Source: Octopus sinensis (taxonomy: Eukaryota). Taken from it: a DNA stretch of 64,000 bases. The first letter of the stretch is position 1; the number at the start of each line of letters is the position of its first letter. Both the position numbers and the translations under genes were made by a program. Positions 12,036 to 22,619 of this stretch are shown here, piece after piece. Where the stretch lies: positions 53,940,001 to 54,004,000 of the forward strand of contig NC_043009.1 of assembly GCF_006345805.1 (NCBI RefSeq), written 5' to 3'. The notes beneath the pieces were generated by a model. The model saw only the letters and a list, made by a program, of their open reading frames with translations, did no database searches and was not told the DNA's origin.

Positions 12036-12399
12036 TTAAATAATGAGGGAGATAAATTGAATATTAATTTAATTAATATCAATTTAAAGCCAGTAGCCTA
12101 GCATACAAAAATCTGAAAAATCAGAGAACATTCTAATACATGTGTATATTTAAAGGGCTAAAGAACCACTATGTGGTCAGCCATATGCTATTTTCTTTCT
12201 CTAGGGAACATTCTTTTCTTTGTAGTTTGATCGTAGGTGATCTACTTCTAGCATATGGCTGACCACATAGTGGTTCTTTAGTCCTTTAAATATACACATG
12301 TATTAGAATTTTCTCTGATTTTTCAGATTGTTGTATGCTAGGTTACTGGTTTTAAATTGATATTAAATTAATATTCAATTTATCTCCCTCATTATTTAA
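12036..12399. mobile_element. Foldback element, ~155-bp inverted arms with a 58-bp spacer
   Basis: Arms 12036-12190 and 12249-12399 are reverse complements with 5 substitutions and one 4-nt indel. Confidence 0.9.
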
Positions 12400-12748
12400 A
12401 TGTTAACATAAATATGTTCTCTAATAGACAGCAATAACTGCAGTAAATTATTTACTGCAGATTTCGTTTCCGGAATTTTAGCGCGCCAGAACTCAGACAT
12501 TTGAAATTAACCCGAATGTAATCTTGAAACTTAGCACGTGCCTGTTTTTATACCGAAAACTGGTGGTGAGTTTTACAAATTATATTACCTGTGGAATGAT
12601 CGTACTGAGGAGCCCAATGGACGATTACGATTACGTAAGTGATTCATTCGTTAATAGGCGAAACCTAGGTCTGCGATTAATTCTTGTTTTTTATATAATT
12701 TTCATCTGTCTTGCCCGCATATTGTTCTGGTGTCCGCTGAATTTTTTT

Positions 12749-12850
12749 TTTCTGTAGAGAACATTCTTTTCTTTGTCGTTTGATCGTAGGTGATCTACTT
12801 CTAGCATATGGCTTACCACATAGTGGTCCTTTGCTCTTTAAATATATATT
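12749..12850. repeat. Second partial copy of the foldback spacer and right arm
   Basis: gaacattc...tttgatcgtaggtgatctacttctagcatatggc.taccacatagtgg repeats 12205-12290. Confidence 0.85.
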
Positions 12851-12853
12851 TGT

Positions 12854-12930
<77 letters not shown>

Positions 12931-12941
12931 ATATATATATA

Positions 12942-13343
12942 TCTTTTAATTGCTTCAGTCATGATACTGTGATCATGCTGGGAGACCACCTTCAAGAGTG
13001 TGTAGTCGAATGATTCAATCCCGGTACTTTTTAAAAAATTCTGGTACTTCTTCTATCAACCTCATTTACCGAACCACTATGTTACAGAGACGTAGACACA
13101 TCAATAACGGTTGTCAAGCGGCGGTGAGTGAGACAAACACACACATACACAGGTATATATATATATATATATATATATAGCCTTACATATGGCGTTCTGT
13201 TTTTAGTTTCTGTCTCCCAAATCTACTGGCAAGACTTTGGCGATCCAAAGCTATATTATAAGTCACTTGACCAATTTGCCTTGCAGTGGGACTGAACCCG
13301 TGACTATATCTTTGGTAAGCAAGCTTCTTACCACACATGGCAC
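12942..13343 (-). mobile_element. SINE-A, full-length, diverged
   Basis: Reverse complement has head tgtggtaagaagcttgctt...gggttcagtcccactgc, an internal TA/CA tract and the 3' tail. Confidence 0.8.
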
Positions 13344-13365
13344 AGACGTACCTCTGTGTGTTTGT

Positions 13366-13427
<62 letters not shown>

Positions 13428-13967
13428 AACGCCCATATATATAACTATGCTTTGGGCAGAGATTTTCAATATATCTAAGCATTGAGCTAGCCGAAAAAGT
13501 GATATGTTAATCCTTATTATGTACGAATCCTATTATGTATGAATATGTTACGCGTCGCCTTGTAAACGGCATCTTCTTAATGGCTATGTGCCAACAACAT
13601 TCTCTAATCTTCAATCTCCAATAATACAACCCCTTATTTTTGCTGCAATTGATGTCATTTCATATTTATAGATACTATCTATAAAACTATCAGTATCCTC
13701 CTTCTACCACTCCATATTTTCTTTTTGTTTTATCTTTTCGTTTGATAGATATTCCATCAAAATCATAACCAGTTCATGTAAATTAACAGGTTTTCTGTCT
13801 GCAACTTGAAATATCACTAATGCCCGATTTTCTCCTACTTCGGTCTTCGGTAGATTGGAGAAAATTGGAACAAAATCCAATTTCGTGTTTGTGTGTGTGT
13901 GTGTATGTGTATGCATGTATATGTAGAATATATATATAATATATAATATATATATATATTATATATA

Positions 13968-14012
<45 letters not shown>

Positions 14013-14487
14013 GTGTGTACGTATGCATGTACGTATGTATGTATGTATAGACTTTTGGTTAGGTAATTTTCCTTTCAAATTATTGGTGCATTCCTTTTAA
14101 TACTTACTGCTCGGAGTTAGTCTGCAGGAGAAAAGTTTGCCGCGGCGAATATACATAAAACATACGTAAAACCAATAATTTCGAAATGGCAAAAGACGAT
14201 TTTCGGATATTAATAATTTTCGTAGCTGGAATTGTCTCCGACAAACATGTATGATGCAGCTTTTGGTCTTGGGTCAGAAGAGAGGAGAGAGTAATTGCTC
14301 ATGTAGATTTTCTTTATGATGTCTTCGAAGTCACGATGAAGCTATTTTGCAGTTGTCGTATTCAGTATTTCGAATATGACCAATATTCTGCAGTGGAAAA
14401 TAATAACTCTAGCAACTACTACTACAATATTAATTATAATAATGATAATAATAATCCTTCCTATTATAGGCACAAGGCCTGAAATCG

Positions 14488-14867
14488 TTGGACGGGTGGC
14501 AGAGTGGGAGACTAGTAAAATCCTATGGGATTTCTCAGTCCAAACAAGTCAGGCGCTAGGGCATATTAGACTGGATCTAGTGGTGATTACCAAGATGAGC
14601 CACATGTACTATATAGTTGAGATTGCGTTCCCCTTTGACCCACGAATAGTCGAGAAGGAAGGCGACAACATAGATAAACACAATCCTCTTAAGTACGAAA
14701 TATCTTGGCTATGGAAAATGAAGAATGGGAACATATTCTAGGGAGCCGTATCAGGAGGCATCACGAGGAATGCAAAGGAAATTGGAATAGAGTTCCCAGA
14801 AGAATTGTTACAAAAACTTTTAGTCCTTGGAACGGCCAGAATAATCAGAAAGGTATTAGATAGCTGA
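14488..14867 (+). mobile_element. Dong/R4-type RLE domain remnant (different subfamily from 3676-5185)
   Basis: KILWDFSVQT...RLDLVV...IVEIAFPFDPRIVEKE...KYEISWLW ... LVLGTARIIRKVLDS*. Confidence 0.85.
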
Positions 14868-14899
14868 AAAACAACGGATTCTACTACAATGGCCGCAAC

Positions 14900-15043
14900 G
14901 TTTCACTGGTACTTAATCATCGGCCCCGAAAGGATGAAAGGCAAACTCGACCTCGGCGAAATATGAACTTAGAATATAAAGACGGACGAAATGCTGCTGA
15001 GCATTTTCCCGAAGTGCTAATGATTCTGCCAGTTCGTCGCTTT
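14900..15043 (-). mobile_element. SINE-C 5' half
   Basis: ccccgaaaggatgaaaggcaaactcgacctcggcg...gctaatgattctgccagttcgtcgc. Confidence 0.85.
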
Positions 15044-15044
15044 G

Positions 15045-15378
15045 AATATGATGATCACGATGACGACGACGACGACGACGACGGCGATGGTGATGGTGGT
15101 GGTGGTGGTGGTGGTGGTGGTGGTGGTGATGATGATGAAGATGATGATGACAACGATAATGATGATGATAATAAGGATGATGATAATAATGATGATGATG
15201 ATGGTGGTGGTGGTGATGATCAAAACAAAAACGAAGAAGAAGAAGAAGAAGAAGAAGAAGAAGAAAAAAGAAAAAGAAGAAGAAGAAGAAGAAGAAAAAG
15301 AAAAAGAAGAAGAAAAAGAAAAAGAAGAAGAAGAAGAAAAGAAGAAGAGAAGAAGAAGAAGAAGAAGAAGAAGAAGAA

Positions 15379-15410
<32 letters not shown>

Positions 15411-15425
15411 AGGGGAAGACGACTT
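15045..15425. repeat. Compound trinucleotide tract (GAT/GAC/GGT/GAA)n
   Basis: Visible runs that yield poly-D/G/E/K/R ORFs in all frames. Confidence 0.95.
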
Positions 15426-15469
15426 AAATGAAGTTTAATCGCAGGACATTTTTGTCGAGGAGCACCAGA

Positions 15470-15790
15470 AACGGAATTGCTACCTAATCGAAGTATCAAT
15501 CTCAATACACGATATTGTTTCTCTCAAAGGAAAGGTAAAGTTTGTCTACATATAAATATCTTGACGTAGATAGAAGCAGAATGTACAAAAAAGGTAAAAG
15601 AAAGAGTTACGACTGAAAATACGGGACAATATCTATAATAGTGCGTGCCTTAGGAATAATTGCAAAACATATTGGGAAGCATAGAATTTAAAGCCCTAGT
15701 CTAACAATTGAGCACACTATACAGGAAATGATACTGCTCGGGGCTGCGTATGTATAACTAATGACATTGTCGATAACAATTTTTAAAAAA
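15470..15790 (+). mobile_element. Degenerate Dong/R4 RLE C-terminal remnant
   Basis: NCYLIEVSISIHDIVSLK, IIVRALGII and QEMILLGAAY resemble the RLE end at 4810-5080. Confidence 0.55.
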
Positions 15791-15912
15791 ATACATAACA
15801 AAATCACAAAATCTGAAAGTACTGAGACACACAAAGTTAGGCTTTACGATACAGTGAAAGGATGAACGAAAAGTAAGTTTACATAATGATAATGATAATA
15901 ATAATAATAATG

Positions 15913-15947
<35 letters not shown>

Positions 15948-15948
<1 letters not shown>

Positions 15949-16416
15949 GTATAAAAGATGGGCTACAGCAAATATTCTGCTCAATACCACAGATTTGCTT
16001 GTCAGTTGTTTGACTTTAACCAGTTGAGCATGTCCCTTAGTGGCTGACGATATGTGCATCTCTGATCACGAGCAGAAGTAGTGGGGGAGCATCATAGCCA
16101 TGTGTTGAGAGGGATTCTTTGGGGTTTGAATAATTCACCTCTGGAAACATGGGTGGTTCTTTCAACATCCTTAAACAACCCTTACTCAGGGACCTTTTGA
16201 GTGGGATGGGCTACTCACCTGAAGAAAATTCTAATTGGGCCCCACCTGCAAGGTCATGTGCTGTTTATCTTGATATGAGATCACCATGTCGCGCACATAT
16301 GGTTGTGATGCATGTGCCTGGTGTACCTTTATCAGACGGGTAGTCATGATGGGTATATTGGGCTTCGTATATTTTACCCCAGTGTCACTTTGATGGCATG
16401 AACTGCTATCTCACTC

Positions 16417-16419
<3 letters not shown>
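15948..16419 (+). mobile_element. Family D ORF-less element in (AAT)n
   Basis: Reverse complement nearly identical to 58049-58520; (AAT)n on both sides; ends ...ctcactc(aat)n. Confidence 0.9.
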
Positions 16420-16447
<28 letters not shown>

Positions 16448-16650
16448 GTAATAATAATAATCATAATAATAATAACAACAACAACAATAATGATGATGAT
16501 GACGATGACGACGACGACGATGATGACAATGATGACGATGTTGACGATGGTGATGAGGAAGATGACGATGAGGATGAAGATGACGATGACGATGATGATG
16601 ACGATGATGATGATCATGATGATGATGATGATCATGATGATGATGATGAT

Positions 16651-16681
<31 letters not shown>

Positions 16682-16688
16682 CGATGAC

Positions 16689-16719
<31 letters not shown>

Positions 16720-16730
16720 GTGACGACGAC

Positions 16731-16767
<37 letters not shown>

Positions 16768-16776
16768 GTGACGATG
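16420..16776. repeat. (AAT)n-(AAC)n-(GAT/GAC)n compound microsatellite
   Basis: Visible. Confidence 0.95.
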
Positions 16777-16777
16777 G

Positions 16778-16905
16778 TTTCAAATTTTGGCACAAGGCCA
16801 GCAATTTCGTGAGACGGGATAAGTCCAACCCCGAAAGGATGAAAGGAAAAGACGACATCGGTGAAACGTAAACATCGGGGAACAAAGGCTGCAAAATAGT
16901 TTTTC
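16778..16905 (-). mobile_element. SINE-C fragment (type-2 tail)
   Basis: tttcaaattttggcacaaggccagc...ccccgaaaggatgaaagg. Confidence 0.8.
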
Positions 16906-17330
16906 AACGTACTGATAGTTTCTGTTTGTTAACCATCCTGATGAATAGGATGCTGATCGTGATAATAATGTTGATGATCATGATGATCTTGATTATCACG
17001 ATGATGATGATAAGGCCGACGACGACGATGAGGATGATGATGTAAACAAGAAAACAAGTAGCAGATTAACACTCGAGTTACAGATAAAATCCATGCTTCG
17101 AACAAAATGATTCGAAAATAAAGAATATAAGATGAACAATTTTTAAAAAATCTTCTTTAAAGATAAATCAACTACATGTATGGAAAATCATTCACAAACA
17201 AAATTATTATCAGTTGGTCGATTATTTGTAATGAATTTCGTAACTTGAGTTTATTGCATTTCTGAACTGGTGCCCTCTCAAAACACTACATCCTAACGAA
17301 ATCAGTCGTCTCTTAATGACAGCGTCTAAA

Positions 17331-17723
17331 TCTATATATATATAAAGCTGAAGTTGTCTGTGTGTGGCAGGTTTGGTAGCATTCAACTAACACTATCTCC
17401 TCCGAGACCCTGCGACGCAAGTTAACCAAAATTGAGAGTGTGATAGAAGAAGGCTTGCTCTTCATTCCGTAGAAGATAAAATTCAAATCAGACCATGTTA
17501 AGACCAAAAAGTATTTACATCGAAAGGGTGCTTTTTTTCTATGAAAACCCTTATTTTTTACGATTTCGTTTACTGTTGTGTCGCCATTTTTCGGTGTATT
17601 TCAACCAGAAAAATGTTCACTTAAAGAGAATAATAAGCTACATAATGCGAAATTTTTAGTTTTCAAAAATTCCAATTCTAAAGGGTTGAAACAAACCGGA
17701 GCAACGCCGGGCGATACTGCTAG
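17331..17723 (+). mobile_element. Non-autonomous Helitron
   Basis: Starts TC (tctatatatatataaag), subterminal hairpin ccgg-agcaacg-ccgg 17696-17710, ends CTAG 17720-17723, inserted between A and T with no TSD. Confidence 0.85.
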
Positions 17724-18147
17724 TTATTAATAAAATTATTAGAGAACGTAGGACCAATATACAATATATCGAAGCTTTACAGGCATGCTACATATCAATT
17801 CCATATCCGAAATATACAAGCCTTATATAGGAGTGAAACGGAAATGGAGAGAGTTAACCTGAAAAGTGATCCAAATAACGAAAAAAAGTATCCTCATTGT
17901 TCTAACGTCTACATTTCCATGCTGGCACGGAGCAACAGCAAACGGTATTCGATGATACAGATTTTCTACGGGTGTGGTGCTCTCCCCAACCATTATCTAT
18001 TCCCACGCATAGTAATATGGTTTCGTGGCCAAACATTTTTACACGCAAGCATGGAAGCGATGAATACCGCTTGCATGACAGAAGCGCTTGTCTTACAGCT
18101 ATCATGCAACGTCATGACGACATAAACTTGATATGAACATACGCTTG

Positions 18148-18213
<66 letters not shown>

Positions 18214-18289
18214 TTCTATCTCTATCTATCTATCTCTTCTCTGAGTTTCGTCTACTAAATTCACTAATGAGGTTTGGTTGGTTCAGGGC

Positions 18290-18375
18290 TAGAGACGAAA
18301 AGAATTTCCCGATGTATACACGCAATGGATTTGAACCCGAAACCATGTGGTTAAGAAGTAGAGTTAAGCATATAC
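18290..18375 (-). mobile_element. SINE-A head fragment
   Basis: Reverse complement aaccacatggtttcgggttcaaatccattgcg matches the head of 53883. Confidence 0.6.
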
Positions 18376-18723
18376 TCAGGCTAGAAAGTACTCTGGTAGG
18401 AAACGGATATGTTGAAAGATTTCTAGAGGCAAAATCGTGTGAAACAAAGCGCATCGAAAAGGGTGGATATTTTCAGGAAAATAAAGTATTTATTAAAAAC
18501 CAAAAGATTGTACAGTAGCACGAACAAAGAATACAACAAACAATGAGAAGCAACAGAAGCAGTATTACTATCAAAGGCAATCTTTAAATCAAACTGAACG
18601 TGGATGTATTGTTATAGCGCCGAATACTGCTTTATTTACAGTGAACAAATTCTCATATGAGCGCATAGTGCATAAAAGCACACATATTTATATCGACGGT
18701 AGACGAGATTCGTCTTCTATGGG

Positions 18724-18865
18724 CGCTGGAATTTTTAGATCACGTAATTCTGATGTGCTCTGCTTCTTCAGTGGCAGCCGTCCGGTAGTCACATAGAAAG
18801 GAAATAAATCTCTCTGTCACCAATCACGAATTTTAGTGCCCGTTCATTCACTGATGTCGCAAATG
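18724..18865 (-). mobile_element. Fragment of the RTE 5' region (copy of 23875-24016)
   Basis: 142-bp direct repeat sharing gtgctctgcttcttcagtggcagccgtccggtagtcacatagaaagga. Confidence 0.8.
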
Positions 18866-18974
18866 GCTAAGAAATTTAATAGAAAGAATATAAGATTGTA
18901 CAACACACCTATCTGAACGTAAATTCAAACATAGCGAGAGGGAGAAGGAATCAATAATGAAAATTGGGTACAGA

Positions 18975-19604
18975 ACAGGGAAGGGCTCCACTAAGTCTAA
19001 AAATGCACTAGAGATGGCATATGTCACGACGGTACAGAAACGACTTCATATGAAATTGAGCACACACTTCACCAAAGAAACTATGATGAAGAAAACTCTT
19101 GTCATTGGCATCTCAAATTGCAAGCTGAGTAGCTTATCAGTAACCTTGAATACATTTGGGGTAATATTGTACGGAAGTAGTTACGGTTCGGTTCAGTCCA
19201 ATAACACTAAAGATTTGGGTATGAGATGCGTGCCTGCCAAGGTTGTGCCGAAACAGCTTTCAGCAAACGACGCACCTGCCCATTCAGCGCAGCATGTGCC
19301 ACAGGTTTTGTGGCTGGGTATAGCATTCCTCAGGTCTGACAGCCAACGTTATCCCCAGATCTTGCCCCTTGCGATTTTTTCCTCTTTTCAAAAATCAGGT
19401 CGTCAAGGAAATTAAAGTGAATACGATGAGGCAGATGCCGATTGTCTCAGAAAAGTTCCAGGAATGCTTTCATCAAACGAAACAGCTCTGGCTTGTGTGA
19501 CTTTTGAAGGGGACAAATTTGAAGAAGACTAAATGCCAAATTGGCACGTGCTGCAATTTTATTTTTATAGCAAAAGTCCGGATACTTATTGATTAGACCT
19601 TGTA
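18975..19604 (+). mobile_element. Degenerate internally deleted mariner
   Basis: SYGSVQS..DLGMRCVPAKVVPKQL, NDAPAHS, an out-of-frame PDLAPCDFFLF motif, and a 3' TIR-like agtccggatacttattgattagaccttgta. Confidence 0.8.
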
Positions 19605-19659
19605 TAGGCAGCCACTGTTCGATTGAATGAACATAGAAGACAGTAAAAGACACAAAAAT

Positions 19660-20260
19660 TAACTGAAACTGATAGCATTTCATAATCTTTGGTGTCTGAA
19701 CGTTGTCAAAATGATCGCTCATGTCATATCAATATGGAAAACAACAATATAATTGTAAAACGCAGTCCCATACACATAAAAGTAGGAATTTTCCTTGGAG
19801 ACTCATTTTTCGTAATTGCCTGGCTCTGGCTCAATAAACAAATCTTTTGAATTAAAACGGCAATATTTTAGATCCTACAGAGAAAATTTTAACCATCGCT
19901 TCTCTATTTATAATGTAAAAGTTTTTACAAGAGATAGTAAATATCATGTTAGAAAACCGACTATAAATTCCTTATAAATTCTACCAAATCATAAAAATCA
20001 GTGCGGCATGAAAATCAAAGCTGCAGTACGAAGCAAATTAACTAAAACTGTGAATCAACCATCCAAATACGTAGAAGTAGATGAAACCGATAAAATACAA
20101 CGCGTACAAATTATAGAGAACTTTAATGGAGAGTTCTAATGAAGCGACAAACTAAAATTAAAAACTGATCTCAACATTAGATATATTATAGTATTATATA
20201 TACACCAGATATCACTATTAAGAACTGCAACTTCAGCAATATAAATTGAAAAGTTAAGCG
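19660..20260 (+). mobile_element. Highly degenerate Dong/R4 RT fragment
   Basis: HIKVGIFLGDSFFVIA resembles the GIFQGDSLSPLLF RT motif; NVVKMIAHVISIWKT lies upstream. Confidence 0.5.
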
Positions 20261-21111
20261 AATAGAACAACTTAGAGATAACTATCAAGAAACTGCAATC
20301 TTCCGAATCCACTGCGTCGAACTGACACAGACTGAATAAATGTAAGCCCCATCAAACCTACACACAGCATCGAAGGCATAGTGTGAAGTAAATTGCAAAC
20401 TACTGCAAAATAGACTGAAAAATGTAATGATAGAATTAATCTAACTACCCTGTATACTTCTATCATCTAATCGTTAGGTTCTGCTAACGGAATGCAGTCT
20501 TATAGGACTATTCGAGCAAGAGATACGGCAGATGAGCTGAGTCGTTAGATAAATGGATAAAATTAATACCTTGCGGTATTTGTTGCGATATTCTGCGCGC
20601 TAGTTTCAGATTCAACCGAAGTCAAACTTTATTTTTTTTTATAATTCTGGGTTTCATAACAAAGTTATAAACCAAAGCAAGAGATTGACGGAACAATTAG
20701 TAGGTCGAGCAAGTCGTCTTGCAGTCTCTTTTTCGGTTCTTTGCACTTGACATTAACGCCAGAAAGGACAGTGATGCTAAACTGTAACGATCTCAGTCGA
20801 CTGGATATTTTTAAGCATCGATAACGTGGAGAAGAAAACCCTGTATCCATCGGCAACTGTCTGTCTTCGTCAAAACAACTTGTCTCGGACTACATATCCA
20901 ACTTTGACCGAGTGATCGCCACTCAATCAAAGCTCGTCAGTCATTGGCGCCTTCTAAAATGCTATCACCGTTTCTTCCCTTATGGGTAATGGATAAAAAG
21001 TGAAAAAAGCAAAAATGGGACTGGAATACCGTATTTGATTGAATAATTTACACTCTAGTATATAAGATGCACCCCAAATTCTGTAGAGCATATTTAGGGA
21101 AAAGATTGTAG

Positions 21112-21257
21112 CATTATTTACATTATTTACGTTATTTACATTTGGCGGATATTTGTCCTCATCTTGTTTGTTGTTAACACAACGTTTCGGCTGATATACC
21201 CTCCAGCCTTCATCAGGTGTCTTGGGGAAATTTCGAACCTGGGTTCTCATTCCTAAG

Positions 21258-21298
<41 letters not shown>

Positions 21299-21299
21299 G

Positions 21300-21351
<52 letters not shown>

Positions 21352-21400
21352 CATTGTTCAGGTCACTGCCTGGAATCGAACTCCGCTATATGCCCGTGGC
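21112..21400 (-). mobile_element. Family E terminal repeat: partially deleted tRNA-like head, (AAT)n, hammerhead, (TGTAAATAA)n tail
   Basis: Minus strand: gggcatatagcg-gagttcgattccaggcagtgacctgaa-(aat)n-taccttaggaatgagaacccagg... Confidence 0.88.
21176..21221 (-). ncRNA. Minimal type-I hammerhead ribozyme motif, best-preserved copy
   Basis: gacac CTGATGA a GGCTG-gagggtatat-CAGCC GAAA CGTT gtgtt: stem I gacac/gtgtt, stem II 5 bp, palindromic AACGTT at stem III. Confidence 0.8.
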
Positions 21401-21690
21401 CAATTATGGAGTGAATATTAGGGCTTATAAATCTAACATTTCCTTATCCTTCCTTTATACTGGTTCCCATATACTTTTCATATCTGCACTCGGTCTGCTA
21501 GCATATGTGCTGCTTCTTTTAGTCTTCGTATTTTCCAGTGGTGTTCTCTGCCTATTATTTTAACTTCATCCCACAGAGGGCAGTGGTCTCTATATTCCTG
21601 TACATGATCCGCTTTACACGTTTTATCAATATCTCTTCGTGTCACATTCAAACATGTAATATAGGTTGGACTTCGTATATAGGAATCCGG
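21400..21690 (-). pseudogene. Penelope-like element GIY-YIG endonuclease C-terminal remnant
   Basis: ADHVQEYRDHCPLWDEVKIIGREHHWKIRRLKEAAHML then (frameshifted) PSADMKSIWEPV; fits the H..W...I...E...R...E pattern of PLE GIY-YIG C-termini. Confidence 0.72.
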
Positions 21691-21805
21691 ATGTTTTTTT
21701 GGGTGTGTTTTTTTAAGGGTGGTGGTGAGGGAGTCACTTTTTTTATTGGAAGGCAAGTCTTGTATATCATCATACGGTAATATATAGAAGTAAGAAAAGG
21801 GATAG

Positions 21806-21836
<31 letters not shown>

Positions 21837-21957
21837 GGATCAAAACAGTTTGACTCAAATTTGTTGGTACTTTGAGTTCCAAGCGTGATGCTAGTAGTCA
21901 GCCATTATGAATGTGAGTGCCCTTCTTTCGTTTGTCCATCCACTCGTATATATATAT

Positions 21958-22003
<46 letters not shown>

Positions 22004-22380
22004 ATATATATATACAGAAACCAATATACTAGATATACTGAAGATGTTTTAGATTTTAGCGATGTAAACAAATATACTGCTAAACTTAAAACTTAAAACT
22101 AAACTAGAAACATCACTCCAAGAATTGACAGAGGAAGAATAAGCCAAAAATGGATTTAAGTTAATAGGTTAAAAATAGGGAAAAGAAGTTGTATCTAAGC
22201 ATCAAAAGCCGATTCTGGCGTCAAAGTACAAGGAAATTAAAGTTGTATAAATAGATTCCAACAAGGGATGAGTGTGCAGGTAGAAAACCGAGAGGGTCGC
22301 CTTATACTTAGCCATAAGACCACATCTGAAAGGAGAATATGTGGCATAAAGATGTTCCAAAAATGGTATACTAAAAGAAA

Positions 22381-22592
22381 CGTTAGCACGCCGGGTGAAA
22401 TGCGTAGCAGTATTTCATCTGCCGTTACGTTGTGAGTTCAAATTCCGCCGAGGTCGAATTTGCCTTTCATCCTTTCGGGGTCGATAAATTAAGTACCAGT
22501 TACGAATTGGGGTCGATGCAATCGACTTAATACCTATGTCTGTCCTTGTTTGTCCTCTCTGTGTCTAGCCCCTTGTGGGTAATAAAGAAATA
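22381..22592 (+). mobile_element. SINE-C (type-1 tail), 5'-truncated, 16-bp TSD
   Basis: TSD ggtatactaaaagaaa at 22365-22380 and 22593-22608. Confidence 0.93.
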
Positions 22593-22619
22593 GGTATACT
22601 AAAAGAAACCAAATTCATC

